The translations under genes and the position numbers were made by a program. Shown here piece by piece: positions 58,827-64,000 of a stretch of 64,000 nucleotides of DNA (position 1 is the stretch's first letter; each line of letters starts with the position of its first letter). The notes below the pieces were generated by a model that had not been told where the DNA came from, ran no database searches, and saw only the letters and a program-made list of their open reading frames with translations. Where the stretch lies: the NCBI GenBank assembly GCA_934635225.1, contig CAKTYZ010000003.1, positions 3,312 to 67,311 on the forward strand, written 5' to 3'. Source of the stretch: an uncultured Kiritimatiellota bacterium (lineage in GTDB: Bacteria > Verrucomicrobiota > Kiritimatiellia > RFP12 > UBA1067).

Positions 58827-60293
58827 TCAGGACTTTTCTCCGGCGGCGGCAGAAGCGGCGCGGCGGACTTCGGCGGCCACCGCCTCATTCACGCCCGCCA
58901 CGGACGCGATCTCGCCGATCTCTGCCCGCGCGACGCCGTAAATCGACCGAAACGTCCGCAGAAGCTTCATCTTCTTCACTTCGCCAATGCCAGGGACCTC
59001 GTCCAGCACCGATTCGCGGATATGCCGCTCGCGCAGATTGCGGTGATAGGCAATGGCAAAGCGATGCGCCTCGTCCCGCAGACGCGTCAACACGAACAGG
59101 CCCTGCGAATCGCGCGGCAGAAGAAGATTCTCGCGTCCATCGTCGAAGACGACTTCCTCCTGCCGCTCCGCAAGGCCCACGGTCGGCGGGACCCGAAAGG
59201 AAGGATCGTCCGCCGCCAGTTCCGCAAGCGCCGCGCGCGCCGCGCGCAGCTGCGTGATGCCGCCATCGCACACAAACAAGTCGGGCTGCGGCAGGTTCGT
59301 CCCGTCCGTGAACCGTCGACGCACGACTTCTGCCATCGAACGCGGGTCGTCCGCACCGACAACCGTCTTGATGCGGAAGTGCCGATAATAGCGACCGTCG
59401 GGCAGGCCGTCGCGCGCGACGACGAGCGACGCGACCGAATCCGTGCCGAAGAGATTGGAGATGTCCACGCATTCAATGGTGCGCGGAGGCGCGTCAAGCC
59501 CCAGCGCGTCGGCCAGTTCCGAAAGCCCCCGTTCGGCCTCCTCCTCGCGCAGGTGCGGCGAACGACGGATGAAATGCGCCTTCGTCATCTCTTTCAGCGC
59601 GAAGACCGTATCTCGCCAGCGGGCCGCCGTCTCGTAGTCCCCCTTCGCCGCCGCGTCGCGCATGCGCGCCTCGACCTCTGTCAGGACGTCCGGACGTCGG
59701 CCTTCCAGGAACGCGCACGCCTCGTCGAAACGCGCCCGATACGCCTCGCGCGTGATCTTGCCGAGACAGGGGGCCGCACAGCGGCGAATGACATTCGCGA
59801 GACAGTGACGATGCGCGGCCTCGTCAGGAACCAGGCACTCGCATTCGCGAATGCCGTAATGCTTCTCGACAAAGTCCTTCGCCGCACGCACGACAGGCGC
59901 CGACGGAAACGGTCCGAAGTAACGCGCCCCGTCATCCCGCACGATCCGACAGCAGGTGAAGCGCGGCCAATCGGCCGACGGGTCCGCGCGCAAGGCCAGA
60001 TAGCGCTTGTCATCCCGCATGAGGATGTTGAAATGCGGCTTGTACCTCTTGATGAGCGACGCTTCGGTCAGAAGCGACTCGGCCTCGTTCTTCACCGTCA
60101 TGAACTCGAAGTCGTAGACCGTCTCGACCATCGAGCGGACCTTCGGCGGATGCTTCGCCCCCGCGCGGAAGTAGGACGTGACGCGCCGTCGCAGGTTCTT
60201 GGCCTTGCCGACGTAGATGATGACGCCCCGGCGATCTCGCATGAGATAACAGCCGGGGCGGTTGGGGACGGACTTCAGCCGTTCTCGAATCAA
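58827..60293 (-). CDS. uvrC: Excinuclease ABC subunit C
   Basis: GIY-YIG motif CYLMRDRRGVIIYVGKAKNLRRRVTSYF, plus a C-terminal HhH region. The start is probably a non-ATG codon (TTG at ~60293 or CTG at ~60302) just after the tatA stop. The long Arg-rich N-terminus in the ORF track was rejected. Confidence 0.85.
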   Translation of the reverse strand: MIRERLKSVPNRPGCYLMRDRRGVIIYVGKAKNLRRRVTSYFRAGAKHPPKVRSMVETVYDFEFMTVKNEAESLLTEASLIKRYKPHFNILMRDDKRYLALRADPSADWPRFTCCRIVRDDGARYFGPFPSAPVVRAAKDFVEKHYGIRECECLVPDEAAHRHCLANVIRRCAAPCLGKITREAYRARFDEACAFLEGRRPDVLTEVEARMRDAAAKGDYETAARWRDTVFALKEMTKAHFIRRSPHLREEEAERGLSELADALGLDAPPRTIECVDISNLFGTDSVASLVVARDGLPDGRYYRHFRIKTVVGADDPRSMAEVVRRRFTDGTNLPQPDLFVCDGGITQLRAARAALAELAADDPSFRVPPTVGLAERQEEVVFDDGRENLLLPRDSQGLFVLTRLRDEAHRFAIAYHRNLRERHIRESVLDEVPGIGEVKKMKLLRTFRSIYGVARAEIGEIASVAGVNEAVAAEVRRAASAAAGEKS

Positions 60294-60298
60294 GTCCG

Positions 60299-60502
60299 TC
60301 AGGCAAGCTCCTTCGCGGGCGTCTTCTCGGCCTCTTCGGCCGCCTCCGCGTCCGCCAGCTCCTTCTCGCCTTCCTGAAGGCCCTTCTTGAATTCGCCCTT
60401 CGCCTTGCCGATCGAACGCGCGAGCTCGGGAATCTTCTTCGCGCCGAACAGCACGGCGACAATCAGCAGGACAATAAGGATTTGCATCAAACCTGGTCTC
60501 AT
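60299..60502 (-). CDS. tatA: Twin-arginine translocase TatA/E family protein
   Basis: MRPGLMQILIVLLIVAVLFGAKKIPELARSIGKAKGEFKKG...; AAGGAG RBS 6 nt upstream. Confidence 0.88.
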   Translation of the reverse strand: MRPGLMQILIVLLIVAVLFGAKKIPELARSIGKAKGEFKKGLQEGEKELADAEAAEEAEKTPAKELA

Positions 60503-60616
60503 GTTTTTCTCCTTCTGGATCGAAATGTTGGGTGATAGGATACCGAATTTTTCGGCAAAAAGCAAGTGCGCCCGCCTTCCGGCCGATCCAAATGCGGTGC
60601 CGTGACGCGCCCCCGT

Positions 60617-60646
60617 TGACAGTCCGGTCTGCCTTTTGGTATACTT
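60617..60646 (+). promoter_or_regulatory. Consensus sigma-70 promoter TTGACA-18-TATACT driving tRNA-Val
   Basis: cccgTTGACAgtccggtctgccttttggTATACTttcacccaattcg, ending ~13 nt before the tRNA 5' end. Confidence 0.65.
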
Positions 60647-60658
60647 TCACCCAATTCG

Positions 60659-60732
60659 GGCGATTAGCTCAGTTGGTTAGAGCATTACCTTCACACGGTA
60701 GGGGTCACTGGTCCGAGTCCAGTATCGCCCAC
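60659..60732 (+). tRNA. tRNA-Val (anticodon CAC)
   Basis: A cloverleaf can be folded by hand. The acceptor GGGCGAT pairs with ATCGCCC, the D-arm is GCTC/GAGC, the anticodon loop is TTCACAC (CAC at ~60693-60695), the T-arm is ACTGG/CCAGT with loop TCCGAGT, and the discriminator is A. Confidence 0.85.
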
Positions 60733-60761
60733 CCTTCTTTTGAAAGGGTCCTGTTCCGAAT

Positions 60762-63700
60762 TGACGCAGACGATCACCTATCCTGAAGAACTGCCGGTCT
60801 CCGCGCACCGTGCGGAGATACTTGAGGCCGTGCGCGCGCATCCCGTCGTCATCGTCTGCGGCGACACCGGCTCCGGCAAGACGACGCAGCTTCCCAAGAT
60901 GATGCTCGAACTCGGGCGTGGCGCAAAAGGCCGCCGAATCGCCGTCACCCAGCCGCGTCGCCTCGCCGCCGTGACGATGGCCGAGCGCGTGGCGGACGAG
61001 CTGAAGGACTCCGTCGGCCAGCTCGTCGGCTATCGCCACCGATACGCGCACGAGACTTCCGCCGAGACGCGCATCGAGTTCCTGACGGACGGGGTTCTCC
61101 TCGCCGAGACGAAGTCTGACTTCCTGCTTCGCGCCTACGACACGATTATCGTGGACGAGGCGCACGAACGCTCGCTGAACGTCGATTTCCTGCTCGGCAT
61201 CCTGAAGCGCATCCTTGCGCGACGCCGTGACCTGAAGGTCGTCATCGCGTCTGCGACGATGGACACGGAGAAGTTCGCCGCGTTCTTCAGCGCCCCTGTG
61301 ATCAACGTCCCCGGACGGCTCTTTCCGATTGACATCCGCTACTGCGCGTCCGAAGACGAAGATGCGGCCGATCTTCCCGTCGCCGTGTCCGAGGCCGTGC
61401 GCGAGCTCCCCGACCAAGGCGACATCCTCGTCTTCCTCCCCGGCGAACGCGACATCCGCGAGACGGGCGCACACCTCGAAACGTGCTTCGGCGCCCGTTT
61501 CGACGTCATCCCCCTCCTGGCGTCGCTCCCGGCCGCCGAACAGCGGCGCGCCTTCCGTCTCTCGTCCCGCCGCCGCATCGTCCTCGCCACGAACGTGGCC
61601 GAGACCTCCGTCACGATTCCCGGCGTCCGCGCCGTCATCGACTCGGGGCTCGCGCGCATCTCGCGCTACATCCACCGCACGCAGGTCCAGCGTCTCCAGG
61701 TCGAGCCGATCTCGCAGGCGTCGGCGCGGCAACGCGCAGGACGCTGCGGACGACTGGGTCCGGGGACCTGCATCCGCCTTTATTCCGAAGAGGACTTTCT
61801 CGCGCGCGAGGCCTACACCGCGCCGGAAGTCCTGCGCGCCTCACTTGCGGGCGTCATTCTCACGATGCTCGACCTGCGCCTCGGCGAGATCGACACGTTC
61901 CCGTTCGTCGATCCGCCGAAGCCCACGATGGTGCGCGAAGGCCTGAAAGAGCTCCTTGAACTCGGCGCCATCAAGAGCGGCTACCGGCTCACCGACGTCG
62001 GGCGCCAGCTCGCGCGCATTCCGCTGGAGCCGCGCCTCGCGCGCATGCTCATTGCGGCAAGCGAGAACGCCGTGCTGCCGTTCGCCCTCCCGATTGTCGC
62101 GGCCATGGCCTGTGACGACCCGCGCCGCCGCCCGATTGACGCAAGGGAGAAAGCCGCGCAGGCCCACGCGAAATGGCGCGTGCCGAAATCGGACTTTCTC
62201 TCGACACGCGCACTTTGGGACTGGTGGTCGCGCGAGACGGACGCGCTCTCCCAGTCGAAGGCGCGCAAGCTCGCGCAGACAAACTACCTTGCATGGCCGA
62301 AGCTCCGCGAATGGCGTGACCTCACGCGCCAGCTCGACGCCCTCTGCAAGCGACTCGGCCTCTCCTTCGCCGAGATCCCCAGAGGCCGAACGGCGAAGGA
62401 ACAGGACGTCTTCTACGCGGCGGTTCACATGGCCTTGCTGACGGGCCTTCTCGGACGCCTCGGACACTACCATACGGAGGACCGCACGTATCGCGGCGCA
62501 CACGCCCTGCGCTTCGCCGTGCATCCCGGCTCGACGCTGAAGAAGGAGAAGCGGCCAGCTGACTGGATCGTCGCGGGCGAGCTCGTCGATACGGCGCGCC
62601 TCTTCGCGCGCACCGCCGCCGAGATTGACCCCGCGTGGATCGAGCCTGTCGCAAAGGACCTCTGCAAGCATCATGTCCACTCGCCCCAATGGGACGCGAC
62701 GAGCGGCTTCGTACGCGCGACCGAGCAAGTCACGCTCTACGGTCTCGTCATCATCGAAGCGCGACGGTGCGACTACGCCCGCTTCGACCCGGACGGCGCA
62801 CGCGAGATCTTCTTCCGTCACGGGATTCTCGGCGGCGAGTTCCCGCACCCGCCGCCCGTCCTGCGTGAGACCCTGGGCTTTCTCCGCGAACTCCGCGAAC
62901 GCGCCGAGAAGACGCGCACGCCTGAGGTCTTCGACGAAGACAGGCTCCTTGCGCACTTTGCCGCGTCCGTCCCCGCCGAGGTCACGAACGCCCCGGCGCT
63001 CGAGAAATGGCTCGCGCACGCGACGCCCGACGAGCAGAGCCGCTTCCGACTGAGACGCGCGGACTGGTGGCCCGACGAAGCGGTGTCCGCGCACGATTTC
63101 CCCGACGCGCTCGTGATCAAGGGCGCGAAACTGCGCTTGACCTACCGCAACACGCCAGAAGACCCCGAGCAGGACGGTCTCACTTGCACCGTCAGGAAAC
63201 GCGATGCCGCCGCGCTCGAGCTTTGGCCCGCCGACTGGCTCGTTCCCGGGCTTCTCCGCCGCAAGGTCTCGTATCTCCTCCTGTCGCTCCCGAACTCGCT
63301 TCAACGGCTCCTGAAGCCGCTGGACGAAAGCCTCGCGATTCTCATGGATCTCCTCGGCGAACCCAAGGACACGCTGGAACGGACAATCCGCCGCGCCGTC
63401 AAGGAACGCTGGGGCTTCCGCATTCCCGACGACGCCTGGGCCAAGGTCCGGCTGCCGCCCTATCTCGTCGCGCGGTTCGTCGTGCGCGATGACTGCGACG
63501 GCCATGCCCTCCTCACGACGCGCGACAAATCCGCCGCGTGCGCGCTCGGACGGCACGAGGCGACGCGCTTCACGCCGCCGCCGCCCGAGAAGACGCTCGC
63601 CGAACGGCTGGCGGACAAAGTGCCCTTCTCCTATCGCGGCAAACTGCCGCTCGACTGCTCAATCTTCCTGCGCGAACGCGACTGGAGCGAAGAGGCGTTC

Positions 63701-64000
63701 AAGACGGACGTGCGCGAAGGCGCGATCAAGGCGACGCTGAACGACGCGCAGACGGACGTGCGCTCGACCGAGGAGCTTCTGCGGGCCGAAGCCGAGATCA
63801 TGCGACTCGTCCGCGAGACCATCGAAGCCGTCCGCGCGCTCGACGCGAAACTGGCGACAGGCGCCTATCCCGACGCGACGACAGACGCCGTCCTCGAAGA
63901 GATCGCGTGGCTCACGTTCAAGGGCTTCCCCAAGTCCGTGCCGCTGGCGACTCTCCGCCGCTACGCGCGCTACCTCAAGGGCATCGACGTGCGCCTCGCG
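60762..64000 (+). CDS. hrpA: ATP-dependent RNA helicase HrpA (DEAH-box), 3'-partial
   Basis: The plus-frame translation TQTITYPEELPVSAHRAEILEAVRAHPVVIVCGDTGSGKTTQLPKMMLELG... continues with DEAH (IIVDEAHERS), then SAT and further motifs to the window end with no stop. The start is likely TTG (~60762 or 60741). This ORF is absent from the supplied track because it has no ATG start. Confidence 0.85.

Noticed and set aside
60677-61732. 351-aa minus-strand ORF overlapping tRNA-Val and the 5' part of hrpA
   Set aside because: It is antisense to a strongly supported DEAH helicase frame and to a tRNA; it has low-complexity Asp/Arg-rich composition.

Overview
High-GC (~65%) bacterial chromosomal segment. 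Every gene from position 1 to ~60.5 kb is on the minus strand; only tRNA-Val and a partial hrpA at the 3' end are on the plus strand. Contents, left to right: (1) a Tad-pilus fragment (CpaB, and a CpaF ATPase with an N-terminal FHA domain) next to tkt, purB, a NYN/YacP-like gene, rpmB and rpsA. (2) A ~29.6 kb unidirectional array of 13 secreted-protein genes for glycan degradation: two sialate O-acetylesterases (SGNH hydrolases of the DUF303 type), a GH2-like enzyme, a GH92 alpha-mannosidase, three tandem paralogous ~1150-1300 aa GH42-like proteins, a GH29 alpha-L-fucosidase, a metallophosphoesterase, two paralogous beta-helix proteins at either end, and a GntR/LacI-type regulator at the head. 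(3) A ~7-8 kb low-GC mosaic defense/cargo island: ASCH with a Bro-N/Fic gene, a rapZ fragment, a RadC-like JAB protein plus partner, a PLD-family restriction nuclease with a C5 cytosine methyltransferase, and an AbiEi-like gene. The island contains a 129-bp direct repeat that duplicates the 5' part of the ASCH gene. (4) An HU-like gene, a split sigma-70-family gene, and pilT. (5) Housekeeping genes: purE, pgk, rpsT, an L-lactate permease, a partial V-type ATPase cluster (E, DUF2764, A), uvrC, tatA, tRNA-Val and hrpA. Notable non-coding signals are three 11-14 nt homopolymeric G/C tracts upstream of secreted-protein genes, two clusters of a CCATGCG[G/C]ATGG motif, and several textbook sigma-70 promoters. 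Taxonomic guess (inference only): a PVC-superphylum-like glycan degrader. No integrase, transposase, CRISPR array or rRNA was seen.
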